Shown: positions 28,980-37,784, counted from the stretch's first letter. The stretch: DNA of 53,865 nucleotides from Gemmatimonadaceae bacterium (GCA_041749115.1 JBGTBX010000415.1:1-53865), one strand, 5' to 3'. The notes: generated by a model not told the origin, from the sequence alone. A program made the numbers and translations.

Positions 28980-29942
28980 ATGACGAACATGCCGACAGCG
29001 GACACGGGGAAAACAGAATTCATCTGGCGCGACGGAAAGATCATTCCGTGGGCCGATGCGACGATCCACGTGCTGTCGCATGTCGCTCACTACGGATCGA
29101 GTGTCTTCGAAGGAATGCGGAGCTACAAGACACCGACAGGTGGGGCGGTATTCCGGCTGCAGGACCACATGAGGAGGCTGATCGACTCCGCCAAGATCTA
29201 CCGCTTCGAGATGAATTTCTCGGCCAGCGACCTCTGCCAGGCGACGTTGGACATTCTCGCCGCAAACGACCTGAAGGGTTGCTACCTGCGTCCGGTTGCG
29301 ATGCGAACGGGTGAACAAATGGCGTTCTATCCGAAGGGTGTGCCGGTAGAAACGTTCATCATTTGCTGGAACATGGGTGCGTACCTCGGTGCCGACGCGC
29401 TGGCGAACGGCGCGGACGTCTGCGTGTCCACATGGCGTCGTGCAGCGCCGGACACGTTTCCCGCCATGGCGAAGGCAGGCGGCAACTATCTCAACTCGCA
29501 GCTGAGCAAATTCGAAGCAAAGATGAATGATTATAGCGAAGGCATCATGCTGGATTCGTTCGGCTACATCGCGGAAGGCAGTGGCGAGAACCTGTTTCTG
29601 GTACGCGACGGAATCCTCTACACGTCCAACCTGGGCTCGGGAATTCTCCACGGCATCACCAGGGATACGGTGATGACTATCGCAGCGGATCTGGGGTACG
29701 AAGTGAGACAGGAACAATTGCCAAGGGAGTTCCTGTATCTGGCTGATGAAGCATTTTTCACGGGAACTGCGGCGGAGATCACACCAATTCGTTCGATCGA
29801 TCGTCTGCCCGTTGGCGAAGGAAAGCCCGGTCCGATCACCAAGGCGATTCAGCAGCGTTTTATGGGAGTCGCAAAGGGTGTTCTCGAGGACACACACGGT
29901 TGGTTGACCGCCGTACCAAGCCACGCTGGAGCCGCTCGGTGA
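28980..29942 (+). CDS. ilvE: Branched-chain amino acid aminotransferase
   Basis: 320 aa, ...VFEGMRSYKTPTGGAVFRLQDHMRRLIDSAKIY...EAFFTGTAAEITPI is the IlvE class IV signature. Confidence 0.85.
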   Translation: MTNMPTADTGKTEFIWRDGKIIPWADATIHVLSHVAHYGSSVFEGMRSYKTPTGGAVFRLQDHMRRLIDSAKIYRFEMNFSASDLCQATLDILAANDLKGCYLRPVAMRTGEQMAFYPKGVPVETFIICWNMGAYLGADALANGADVCVSTWRRAAPDTFPAMAKAGGNYLNSQLSKFEAKMNDYSEGIMLDSFGYIAEGSGENLFLVRDGILYTSNLGSGILHGITRDTVMTIAADLGYEVRQEQLPREFLYLADEAFFTGTAAEITPIRSIDRLPVGEGKPGPITKAIQQRFMGVAKGVLEDTHGWLTAVPSHAGAAR

Positions 29943-30076
29943 AGCAAAGGGATTGGAGTGGGGCACGCAGCAGCAGTGGGGGGGGGCCGCGCAGCGAAGC
30001 TGCGTGGTCCACGACGGACGCTATGGCCAGAGGAACCTGGATGAGTAGCAGTCCGTTGGGCTGAGGAATTGCGTGT

Positions 30077-30107
30077 CCCGTCCGGAGGTCCGGGCGGGAT
30101 TTTTCTT
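30077..30107 (+). terminator. Rho-independent terminator-like hairpin downstream of ilvE
   Basis: CCCGTCCGGA-gg-TCCGGGCGGG (10-bp stem, 1 mismatch) followed by ATTTTTCTT. Confidence 0.45.
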
Positions 30108-30176
30108 GGGTGTCGGATCTGGTATAGATGGGGCAACGGAGGTCGCGAACTTCACCAACAGCGGAGGAACTGCACG

Positions 30177-30791
30177 GTGATGGTTGGTTGTCTGGCGTTG
30201 AATGCATCGTTCGAACCACTCACAATGGTTCCGCTGAAGCGCGCCCTGCGGCTGGTCATCGACGGCAAGGCGGAAATCGTTGAAGCCGACGCCGGACGCG
30301 ACATTCATTCGGAGCGGCTCACGATCCCGCGCCCAACGGTCATCCGTCTCACGAAGTTCATTCAGGTGCCTCGCAAATTCCGCCGCCAGGTGACGAACAC
30401 GTTCCTGTTCGCTCGCGACGGTTACAAGTGTATGTATTGCGGACGTGCGTCCATCGAACTGAAGCCGAGGGAGGCCTTGACGCGCGATCACTTGATACCG
30501 CTCTCGCGGGGCGGTGCCAATGAATGGACGAACGTGGTTACCGCGTGTTCGACCTGCAACGCCCGCAAGTCGAACCGCCTGCCACACGAGATCGGGATGG
30601 TACCGCTCCGCGCGCCCATGGAACCCCATTTCGTCCACTTGAGTTGGGCCGTGCGGCGACTCACCGAAATTCAGTCGCGCTACATCAGAATGTTCTACGG
30701 CGAAGAGACGCTGGATCAACTGGCGTCGCTCGGCGCGCGATCGGGTCGCGGCCCCGAGCACGAACTGCTGGTCGGCCGGCCCATACGCTGA
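30177..30791 (+). CDS. HNH endonuclease (standalone, McrA-like HNH family)
   Basis: LALNASFEPL N-terminal motif common to this HNH subfamily. YKCMYCGRAS...LTRDHLIPLSRGGANEWTNVVTACSTCNARK is the HNH core with Zn-binding Cys pairs. SD GGAGGAA upstream. Confidence 0.75.
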   Translation: MMVGCLALNASFEPLTMVPLKRALRLVIDGKAEIVEADAGRDIHSERLTIPRPTVIRLTKFIQVPRKFRRQVTNTFLFARDGYKCMYCGRASIELKPREALTRDHLIPLSRGGANEWTNVVTACSTCNARKSNRLPHEIGMVPLRAPMEPHFVHLSWAVRRLTEIQSRYIRMFYGEETLDQLASLGARSGRGPEHELLVGRPIR

Positions 30792-30819
30792 TTCCGTCAT
30801 CCGGCTCCGAGCGGGATGC

Positions 30820-31497
30820 CTAACGCGCGTCGAACACCGCGCTGTTGCCTTCGAGGGTGCGCCGCTCGCCCCCCAGCAGCCTGGACAAAAGTGTTCTCGC
30901 TCCTCGGCTTAATGCAGTGCCCGGATTGCGCTGCCCGCGCACCGCGGAAGACAGATCTCCGCTCACCCACCGGCGGAGTTCGTCCAGGTCCGACACCGAG
31001 AGCATCTCCAACTCAAGCACGACATGGTAGTACTGTCGCGTTGCCGGAACGGCCACGATACCGACGCGGAACGGTAGTTCGATCTGCGTTGTGACTTCGT
31101 TGATGGTACGGTATCGTGTCCCGGGAGCAGCTGCCGCAAACGGCACGATCGTGTCGCGCACAACACGCACCATCTCGTAGTTGCCTTCGAACGCATCGAA
31201 TCGCACAACGACGTCCCATTCCACCGTCCGCAGCAGACGGTCGAAGCCGCGTCGCGCCTGCCAGAGTTCCGTGCGGAAGTGGAGTCGTGCGGGGAACCCC
31301 GCGTGGAGCAGCTCACGAACATCCTTATCTGCCAGCACGCCCACCACTCGCACGCTTGGACCAACATACGCCACCGAATCGGTGACGGGTGCTCGCACAA
31401 AGATCGCAGGCTGCGGTTGCGCCAGCAGTTGCCGAGCACCAGCGACGCCAAGCAGCAAAGCAAAGAGTGGCACGCACCAGATACGCCGCACGCCCAT
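30820..31497 (-). CDS. DUF4390 domain protein (secreted)
   Basis: Signal peptide MGVRRIWCVPLFALLLGVAGA. Family membership assigned by similarity of length and composition to NtrYX-associated DUF4390 proteins. Last gene of the eight-gene operon (4-nt overlap with the upstream OMP gene). Confidence 0.5.
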   Translation of the reverse strand: MGVRRIWCVPLFALLLGVAGARQLLAQPQPAIFVRAPVTDSVAYVGPSVRVVGVLADKDVRELLHAGFPARLHFRTELWQARRGFDRLLRTVEWDVVVRFDAFEGNYEMVRVVRDTIVPFAAAAPGTRYRTINEVTTQIELPFRVGIVAVPATRQYYHVVLELEMLSVSDLDELRRWVSGDLSSAVRGQRNPGTALSRGARTLLSRLLGGERRTLEGNSAVFDAR

Positions 31498-31499
31498 GA

Positions 31500-33266
31500 T
31501 CAGAATCGTGGCCGAAGCCGGACGACAAAGTTCACTGGCGAGTGTGATTGTGACAGTCCCTTGGCCACGTAGAGCCCGACATTGTCGAGCACCACACCGA
31601 TGCCGATGTCCGTCTGAAAGGTTGAAAGGGGTGGCAGTACACCCTTCCGAAACGTGACGCGACCGTCAGGTTGTCCGACCTGCCAGCCGCGACCGGCGTC
31701 GGCGAACAGAACGAACTGCGTACCACGTCCCCAGCCGCGTCTGCGAAACGAGCGGTCGCCGCTGAATAATCCAAACGGATCCACGTTGAGCCGACCACGA
31801 AACTCCACCTGAACAAACGCGATGCGATCGCATTCAGCCGGCGTGCCGTTGGCCTGTGTGCCACCCGTGAGCTGACGACTGCACTGCCAGTAATCGATTG
31901 GTGCGCCCCCGACTTCTCCCACCACGTCGCGAAAATCGTATCCGGGGAGTGTACCGGGGCCGCCGACCGAGAGTCGCCGTTCCATCGGCAGCTGATCACC
32001 GCTCAGCCAGCCTCCAAGCAACACTCTGGCATTGAATTGACTGCCCGGCGAAATGCGGCTGTACCGACGTGCGTCGATCAGAACGCGGTCATACGAAGTG
32101 GCGCCCCCCACAGTTTGCACTCGCGGGCTCGTCGGCGCCGTGCTGTATCGAGAGATCGTTCCGGTACCGTATTCATACTCGCCGGACAGGTACCAGCCGT
32201 CATCAGGGAGGCGCGTATTCGAGCGCGTATCGTACGTAACGCGCACGCTTCCCAACGTGAATCTGCCATCGTCGACATCCGGATTTTCGCGCCACCCCTC
32301 GGCGTCGCGCGTCAGAGTCCACGGATCCCGCACACTGCGCGCACCCCACCGCTCCCTGGACCACCCGACCGTGACATCAAGATCATTGCCTACGAACGCG
32401 GAAGCAGAGACCGAACCTCCCTTGCGATCGAAGTAGTCGCGAAAGTCCCGATGAAGAAGGAAGGACGCAAGCCCGACTTCACTGTCGCTCAGCTTCCATG
32501 GTTCAACGGCATCCACAACATCAAAATGCCGCGCTCCGATTCGCCAACCGTATTGCTTGCCGACGCTTACTTCAACTTCTGCCGAGTGACCCACGTTCTC
32601 CGGCGTGAGTTCAAAGGACCTGACGCTACGCAGCACGCTGAGTGCCTCGACGGTGACGCGCCCCCAGTCGAACTCGCGTCCGATCACCGGGCCGAGGAGC
32701 ACGGGAAGACCTTCGACGCGATTGTACGTGCGTGCCGAGGCAAGCCGCAGTTCAGTCCAACCCTGTTCGCGCCACCGGTCGCGTTGCCGCCACCAGCGTG
32801 TCGCCAGGTTCGCCGACGGTGTGACAATGGAATACACACCGTCAACGACATTCAGCTGCAGACGTTCGCGATACACGACCACACGTCCCGCGTCCGTCAG
32901 CCGATCAACGTCCGGCAACGATCCTCCGAAGACGAAGACCGTGTCTTCAAGCACAGCGGAGGGCGCGAATCGAACGGTGCCATTTACTACGAAGAGTCGT
33001 CCTCGGAGGCGTCCTTCGGCGCGCACGTCTCCGCCGATGACAACGACCTGGCTGCCCGACTCGAGGCCAGGCACAGTCACCGACGCGGTCTGGATCACGC
33101 GCGTTGAAGAATCGTTCAGCGCGTTCAGCAACACCTGCTGCGCGGCCGTGGGAACCTGGGCCGACGCAGGAGCCTGGGCGCCTCCCGCCGCAGAAGCGGC
33201 GAACGTGGCGACGATGCTGCCGGCGCAGAACGCCGCACGACGAGCTCCTGATCGTGGCGTGAACAT
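31500..33266 (-). CDS. Outer-membrane beta-barrel protein with an N-terminal beta-helical (bactofilin/polymer-forming-like) passenger region
   Basis: Signal peptide with AxA site. VVVIGGDVRAEGRLRGRLFVVNGTVRFAPSAVLEDTVFVFGGSL resembles repeated beta-helix rungs. The C-terminal half is rich in alternating aromatic/Gly and ends ...VVRLRPRF (terminal Phe typical of OMP barrels). Confidence 0.55.
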   Translation of the reverse strand: MFTPRSGARRAAFCAGSIVATFAASAAGGAQAPASAQVPTAAQQVLLNALNDSSTRVIQTASVTVPGLESGSQVVVIGGDVRAEGRLRGRLFVVNGTVRFAPSAVLEDTVFVFGGSLPDVDRLTDAGRVVVYRERLQLNVVDGVYSIVTPSANLATRWWRQRDRWREQGWTELRLASARTYNRVEGLPVLLGPVIGREFDWGRVTVEALSVLRSVRSFELTPENVGHSAEVEVSVGKQYGWRIGARHFDVVDAVEPWKLSDSEVGLASFLLHRDFRDYFDRKGGSVSASAFVGNDLDVTVGWSRERWGARSVRDPWTLTRDAEGWRENPDVDDGRFTLGSVRVTYDTRSNTRLPDDGWYLSGEYEYGTGTISRYSTAPTSPRVQTVGGATSYDRVLIDARRYSRISPGSQFNARVLLGGWLSGDQLPMERRLSVGGPGTLPGYDFRDVVGEVGGAPIDYWQCSRQLTGGTQANGTPAECDRIAFVQVEFRGRLNVDPFGLFSGDRSFRRRGWGRGTQFVLFADAGRGWQVGQPDGRVTFRKGVLPPLSTFQTDIGIGVVLDNVGLYVAKGLSQSHSPVNFVVRLRPRF

Positions 33267-33275
33267 GATGTGTAG

Positions 33276-34679
33276 CTAATCTATGGCGCCGTCCGCAGCC
33301 GTGGGTGTGGCTGCGTCCGGTGCGATGTCGAGCCGTTTCATCCGGCGATACAGGTTGGGTCGATCTGTCTGAAGTCGCCGAGCCGCCTCAGCGACGTTTC
33401 CGCCGGCCGCGCTGAGCGCGCGCGCGATCAATTCGCGCTCATAGTCGTCAAGCATCCGGTTCAGCGGCACATCCGACGTGTCTGCCGTCACTGTACGGGC
33501 AAATTCCGGTGTGTCGTGCAACGCGATGACTTCCTGCACGTCGGCAACACCGATGCGCTGCCCGGGGTGAAGGATCATCAGGCGCTCTACGACGTTGGCC
33601 AGTTCGCGCACGTTGCCCGGCCAGCGGTAGCGCATGAGGCACTGCAGCGCTCCCTCTGACCATTCGGGCAGCGAGCGTCCGGATCGCAGTCTCAGAAGCG
33701 ATGCGAAGTGACTGACGAGCAACGAGATGTCGGACGTGCGATCCCGCAGCGGCGGTAGCGGGACGGGAATAACATTCAGCCGGAAGAGCAGGTCGTCGCG
33801 GAACGCCCCTCCGCGCACGGCGCGTTCGAGATTCTTGTTGGTTGCCGCGATCACGCGTGTATCGACCGGGATGGGTTTCGTGCCTCCAACGCGCTCGATC
33901 TCGCCCGCCTCAAGTGCGCGCAGAAGTTTTGCCTGAGCTTCGGCGCCCAGATCTCCCACTTCATCGAGGAAGAGCGTACCTCTGTGAGCCAGTTCGAACT
34001 TGCCCAGTCGTCGTTCAGTGGCACCTGTGAACGATCCGCGCTCATGGCCGAACATCTCGCTTTCCACGAGGTCGCGCGGGATTGCGGCGCAGTTCACACG
34101 AATGAATGACAGGTCACGCCGAACGCTGGCCTCGTGAATGCCGCTCGCGACCAGCTCCTTGCCCGTCCCGGATTCACCGGTGATGAGTACACGTGAATTG
34201 GTGGGGCCGATGCGTTGAATCAGATCCCGCACCCGCTGCATCGGTTCGCTCTCGCCGATGAGTGCTCCTCCACCGGTGATCTCTGCACGCAGGACCGCCG
34301 CTTCGCGTCGCGCGCGGCGCAGCTCCAGCGCCGAGCCGAGCGCAAGCAACACGCCCTCCGGTGTCAGTGGCTTCTCGAGGAACGTGAACGCTCCGAGTCT
34401 GGTGGCGCGCACCGCGTCGCTCAACCCGGCTCGACCACTCATCATGACGACCGGGAGCTGGGGCACCTGGTCGTGCAGCGCCTTGAGCACGCCCATCCCA
34501 TCGAGGTCGCCCGGCATCATGAGGTCCACCAAAACGACGTCTGGTTCCTGATCAAGCGCAGCGGCTATTCCGGCATGAGCATTTGCGGCCTCCCGAACAT
34601 CGTATCCTTCGCTGGCCAGCAGCGCGCCGACCATGCGGCGGATGTTGGGTTCGTCGTCGATGATCAGGACGGAGGGCAT
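33276..34679 (-). CDS. Sigma-54-dependent response regulator (NtrC/NtrX family: REC + AAA+ + Fis HTH)
   Basis: REC (VLIIDDEPNIRRM...DLMMPGDLDG), AAA+ Walker A GESGTGKE, GAFTGA-type sigma-54 contact motif (ERGSFTGA), and a C-terminal Fis-type HTH (GNVAEAARRLQTDRPNLYRRMKRL). Confidence 0.85.
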   Translation of the reverse strand: MPSVLIIDDEPNIRRMVGALLASEGYDVREAANAHAGIAAALDQEPDVVLVDLMMPGDLDGMGVLKALHDQVPQLPVVMMSGRAGLSDAVRATRLGAFTFLEKPLTPEGVLLALGSALELRRARREAAVLRAEITGGGALIGESEPMQRVRDLIQRIGPTNSRVLITGESGTGKELVASGIHEASVRRDLSFIRVNCAAIPRDLVESEMFGHERGSFTGATERRLGKFELAHRGTLFLDEVGDLGAEAQAKLLRALEAGEIERVGGTKPIPVDTRVIAATNKNLERAVRGGAFRDDLLFRLNVIPVPLPPLRDRTSDISLLVSHFASLLRLRSGRSLPEWSEGALQCLMRYRWPGNVRELANVVERLMILHPGQRIGVADVQEVIALHDTPEFARTVTADTSDVPLNRMLDDYERELIARALSAAGGNVAEAARRLQTDRPNLYRRMKRLDIAPDAATPTAADGAID

Positions 34680-34691
34680 GTGCGAGCCAGA

Positions 34692-35336
34692 TTAACGCGA
34701 TGTTTCCTGGCGTACACTCTCACGCTGGGGTATCTCAATCGGTTGTGCTTCAACAGGAGAAAGCGCCCGCATCTCACTCATGAGTTTGGTGCTGTATCGC
34801 TGATTCTCGGAGATACGTTCCACTTCGATGGCGATAGCATCCACGGCTTGTTCCATACGGTCAAATCGTTGACCGTCTCCATCCGAAGGGGACGTTTTGC
34901 CACGACCCTCAAGCCGTCTGGCGATGGCGCGCACGAGTGGTCCGCCCAGAAAGATCGCCGCCGCGAGAAACATGGCGCCAAAAATTACTTCCTGAACATC
35001 CGGCGGAATAGCGTTGGTGTCCCTGGGGCTCTCCACGGTCGCGGCTTCGTACGTGCGGCCGGACGCCGCGGCATCCAGTTGTTGTTCGACCGATTCGAGG
35101 CGATCCTGCGCTGCATTAATCTGATCGCGAATCACCGAGACGGCGCTGTTGGACTGCCCGGGCACGAGTCGGTCGGTCAGATCCTGTACCTCTTTCTTGG
35201 TGCCGGCGATCTGCGCCTGCAGGATTTCAATCGCCCGATTGGGATCGCGCGCTGTCAACGGCCCTTCGAGGAGCTGTGGAAGCGGCGGTGGTGGCGGTGG
35301 CGCTGTCACGCCGGCTTGCTGATCGAAAATATGCAT
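34692..35336 (-). CDS. Paralog 4 of a tandem family of small single-TM proteins (214 aa: N-terminal coiled-coil, TM, conserved C-terminal motif)
   Basis: N-terminal Pro-rich and coiled-coil segment (ILQAQIAGTKKEVQDLTDRL...), TM (VIFGAMFLAAAIFLGGPLV), then RFDRMEQAVDAIAIEVERISENQRYSTKLMSEMRAL. Start ATG overlaps the stop of paralog 3 (TAATG). Confidence 0.6.
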   Translation of the reverse strand: MHIFDQQAGVTAPPPPPPLPQLLEGPLTARDPNRAIEILQAQIAGTKKEVQDLTDRLVPGQSNSAVSVIRDQINAAQDRLESVEQQLDAAASGRTYEAATVESPRDTNAIPPDVQEVIFGAMFLAAAIFLGGPLVRAIARRLEGRGKTSPSDGDGQRFDRMEQAVDAIAIEVERISENQRYSTKLMSEMRALSPVEAQPIEIPQRESVRQETSR

Positions 35337-35935
35337 TATGCAGGAGTGTCAGCGGTCCGACGGACCGGTGTAGGCTCACGCGCCGCCTGACTGAATGATT
35401 CGGCAGGTGGTGCCGGGAGTGCTCGCATTTCATTCAGGAGCATTGCGCTGTAGCGCTGTCCTTCAGACACCCGCTCCATCTCCACAGCAAGCGCATCGAT
35501 CGCCTGTTCAATGCGATCGAGTCGATCGTCGTCGGCTGCGGCAGCGGGGCGAACGCGCAACTCCGACCGGCGCGCCCATGAACGAATGACAGGCAGCAAC
35601 AGCACGGTTACGGCGATCGTGGAAAAGAGCCAGGCGCCGATGTCGGTGAAGTTGATGGGATCCATCGGTGGCGGCTCCGGGAACTGCGTCACAGTGATAG
35701 GTTCGTCGCCACGAATTCTCTGATCGAGCGACTCCTGCAGAGATTGCATCCGCTCCGTGGCACGTTCAATCTGAGCCACCACGGCCTCTTCACGCGCATC
35801 GGAGGTGCCATTGGTGAGCTGTGATGTGAGATCACCAATCTCCTGCCTGATGCCTGCGATTTCTGCGCGCAGCAGACCGATGGTCTGGACCTGAGTGATC
35901 TGCTCGGGCGTCGGAGGCGGTAGCTGAGGTTGCAT
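35336..35935 (-). CDS. Paralog 3 (199 aa: N-terminal coiled-coil, TM, conserved C-terminal motif)
   Basis: N-terminus MQPQLPPPTPEQ...LLRAEIAGIRQEIGDLTSQL aligns to the paralog 4 N-terminus. TM IGAWLFSTIAVTVLLLPVI, then DRLDRIEQAIDALAVEMERVSEGQRYSAMLLNEMRAL. TAATG overlap with paralog 2. Confidence 0.6.
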   Translation of the reverse strand: MQPQLPPPTPEQITQVQTIGLLRAEIAGIRQEIGDLTSQLTNGTSDAREEAVVAQIERATERMQSLQESLDQRIRGDEPITVTQFPEPPPMDPINFTDIGAWLFSTIAVTVLLLPVIRSWARRSELRVRPAAAADDDRLDRIEQAIDALAVEMERVSEGQRYSAMLLNEMRALPAPPAESFSQAAREPTPVRRTADTPA

Positions 35936-36231
35936 TATGACGACCTCCGCGACGCGGACTCGCGCGCAGCGGCTGGCAGTGCAACAGGCTCCGGCCCTCT
36001 CTCCGCCATAAGCCGTGTGACAAAACGCTGGCCTTCGGAGATGCGTTCCACCTCGACTGCCATGGCATCAATCGCGTGTTCGATGCGATCCAATCGCATG
36101 ACGACCTCCGGCTGTGCAGGACTTGGCTTCGAGTCGAGGCGGCGAATCCACGCCCGCATGAGCGGAATGCCGAAGGAAAGAACAATGATGGTGCCGAAAG
36201 TTGCAATAATCGCAACGATGTCTTCATCCAT
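35935..36231 (-). CDS. Paralog 2 (98 aa: N-terminal TM + conserved C-terminal motif)
   Basis: MDEDIVAIIATFGTIIVLSFGIPLMRAWIRRL...MRLDRIEHAIDAMAVEVERISEGQRFVTRLMAER. SD GAGGG upstream. Confidence 0.6.
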   Translation of the reverse strand: MDEDIVAIIATFGTIIVLSFGIPLMRAWIRRLDSKPSPAQPEVVMRLDRIEHAIDAMAVEVERISEGQRFVTRLMAERGPEPVALPAAARESASRRSS

Positions 36232-36246
36232 TTGGTTGCCCTCAGA

Positions 36247-36531
36247 TTAATCAGAAGATGCAGGCGAGTGATGCGGAGCGTCCTGTTGCGTGCGCTCCGC
36301 CAGGAGACGGGTGTTCATGCGTTGAGCTTCGGACAGTCGTTCCACTTCGCCGGCAATCGCGTCGATTGCATGCTCAATACGGTCGAGCCGATCCTCACCC
36401 GGGCCCACGCTTCCTCCACCATACTGGCGTGTCTGCAATTCAGCCATACGCTCTCTGTAGCCCAGCACGGATCGGATGATCGTCGCGATGCTGATGAATA
36501 AAACGATCGGAATAAGGAATTGAAGCCCCAC
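36247..36531 (-). CDS. Paralog 1 (94 aa: N-terminal TM + conserved C-terminal motif)
   Basis: MGLQFLIPIVLFISIATIIRSVLGYRERMAEL...DRLDRIEHAIDAIAGEVERLSEAQRMNTRLLAER. GTG start overlaps the kinase stop (TAGTG). Confidence 0.6.
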   Translation of the reverse strand: MGLQFLIPIVLFISIATIIRSVLGYRERMAELQTRQYGGGSVGPGEDRLDRIEHAIDAIAGEVERLSEAQRMNTRLLAERTQQDAPHHSPASSD

Positions 36532-37784
36532 TAGACACCACCTTGTTTGAGTACCACCGGGAGAATAATGCGAATGAGGGTTCCGCGCGCGACTTCGCTG
36601 GACGCACTGACCTCACCGTTGTGCTCGACGACTGCCTGCCTCGCAATCGCAAGCCCGAGCCCCGTGCCGGCCGGCTTGGTCGTGACGTACGGATGCCAGA
36701 TGTCTGCAATGCGATCCGGAGGGATTCCGCTCCCCGAATCGGCAATGCTGAATTGCACGGCGGGCTCTCCATTCAGCGACGCGCTCTCCACGTGCATGGT
36801 GATGGTCCCTCCATGAGTCGTTGCGTCGACGGCGTTGAGCACCACGTTGGACAAGGCCCGATGAATCGATTCAAAACGAGCGGTGAATGAACCAACACCC
36901 CGGCCGACTTCCACAGAGCCGGTGTGCGTGGCCGGGACACACGCGCGCATCACTGCGTGCGCCAACTCGACGGCGTCGACATCAGACGGCGGCCCATCGG
37001 GCAATCGGCCGAACTGTGCAAAGCTGCGCGCCAATCGATCCAGCCGCGCGGTTTCTTCGCGGATGACTTTCACGGGCTCTGCGAATGCCTCGGGAGCCTT
37101 CGCGAGTTGTGCGAGCGCGAACTGAATGGGCGTCAACGGGTTTTTGAGTTCATGTGCGACACGGCGCGCCGATTCGCGAAAGGCAATCGAGCGTTCGAGA
37201 TCCACGGCGCGCTGGCGTCCCAGCTGGAGTTCGTGTGACATGCTGCGCATCCTGTCCCGGAGCACCCCGAATTCCGGTGCGCCTCTCACCTGAGTTTCCT
37301 CTGGCAGCGCTTCTCCGCGTGCGATGTGCCCGGTCCAGCCAACGAGTTCCTGAATGGGCCGACTGAGCTGTCGTGCGAGGTGGCCTGCAACTCTCGAAGC
37401 GGCCACCGCAAAGACGAGCAGCATGAGCAGCGCGCCGAGTATGGCTGCGGGAACAATCTGCCTGACAACAAAGCCGAGTCTCCTAGCTTGTGTGAGCGAC
37501 GACTCGAGTTCGCGTTCATGTGATCGCAGTGCCTCTCGTTCGGTAGGAGTAAGATTCGCGTTGTCGAGGACGGATGTGGCTGTCCTGCCTGAGGTTGCGA
37601 CTCGTTCCCATGCAGCATCCGCAGTCAGAGACGGGAGCGTTCGCCAGGCGGCGATCCCCCAGACTGCTGTAAGGACAAACGCGGGCACGAGCGCGAAAAG
37701 GGCAAGGCTCAGGAGGAGTCTTTGGCGGAAGCCAAGCCTCTTCATAGAGGCACTACGACGAGAAAAATGAGCGGTTTCGGGCAC
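36531..37784 (-). CDS. Sensor histidine kinase (2 TM, periplasmic loop, HAMP, HisKA, HATPase), NtrY-like
   Basis: TM1 LLLSLALFALVPAFVLTAVWGIAAW, an 80-90 aa loop, TM2 IVPAAILGALLMLLVFAVAA, then HAMP (ARQLSRPIQELVGWTGHIARGE), H-box VAHELKNPLTPI and the ATPase G-boxes (IADSGSGIP, GTGLGLAI). Start is either the GTG at 37784 or the internal MKRLGF. Confidence 0.8.
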   Translation of the reverse strand: MPETAHFSRRSASMKRLGFRQRLLLSLALFALVPAFVLTAVWGIAAWRTLPSLTADAAWERVATSGRTATSVLDNANLTPTEREALRSHERELESSLTQARRLGFVVRQIVPAAILGALLMLLVFAVAASRVAGHLARQLSRPIQELVGWTGHIARGEALPEETQVRGAPEFGVLRDRMRSMSHELQLGRQRAVDLERSIAFRESARRVAHELKNPLTPIQFALAQLAKAPEAFAEPVKVIREETARLDRLARSFAQFGRLPDGPPSDVDAVELAHAVMRACVPATHTGSVEVGRGVGSFTARFESIHRALSNVVLNAVDATTHGGTITMHVESASLNGEPAVQFSIADSGSGIPPDRIADIWHPYVTTKPAGTGLGLAIARQAVVEHNGEVSASSEVARGTLIRIILPVVLKQGGV

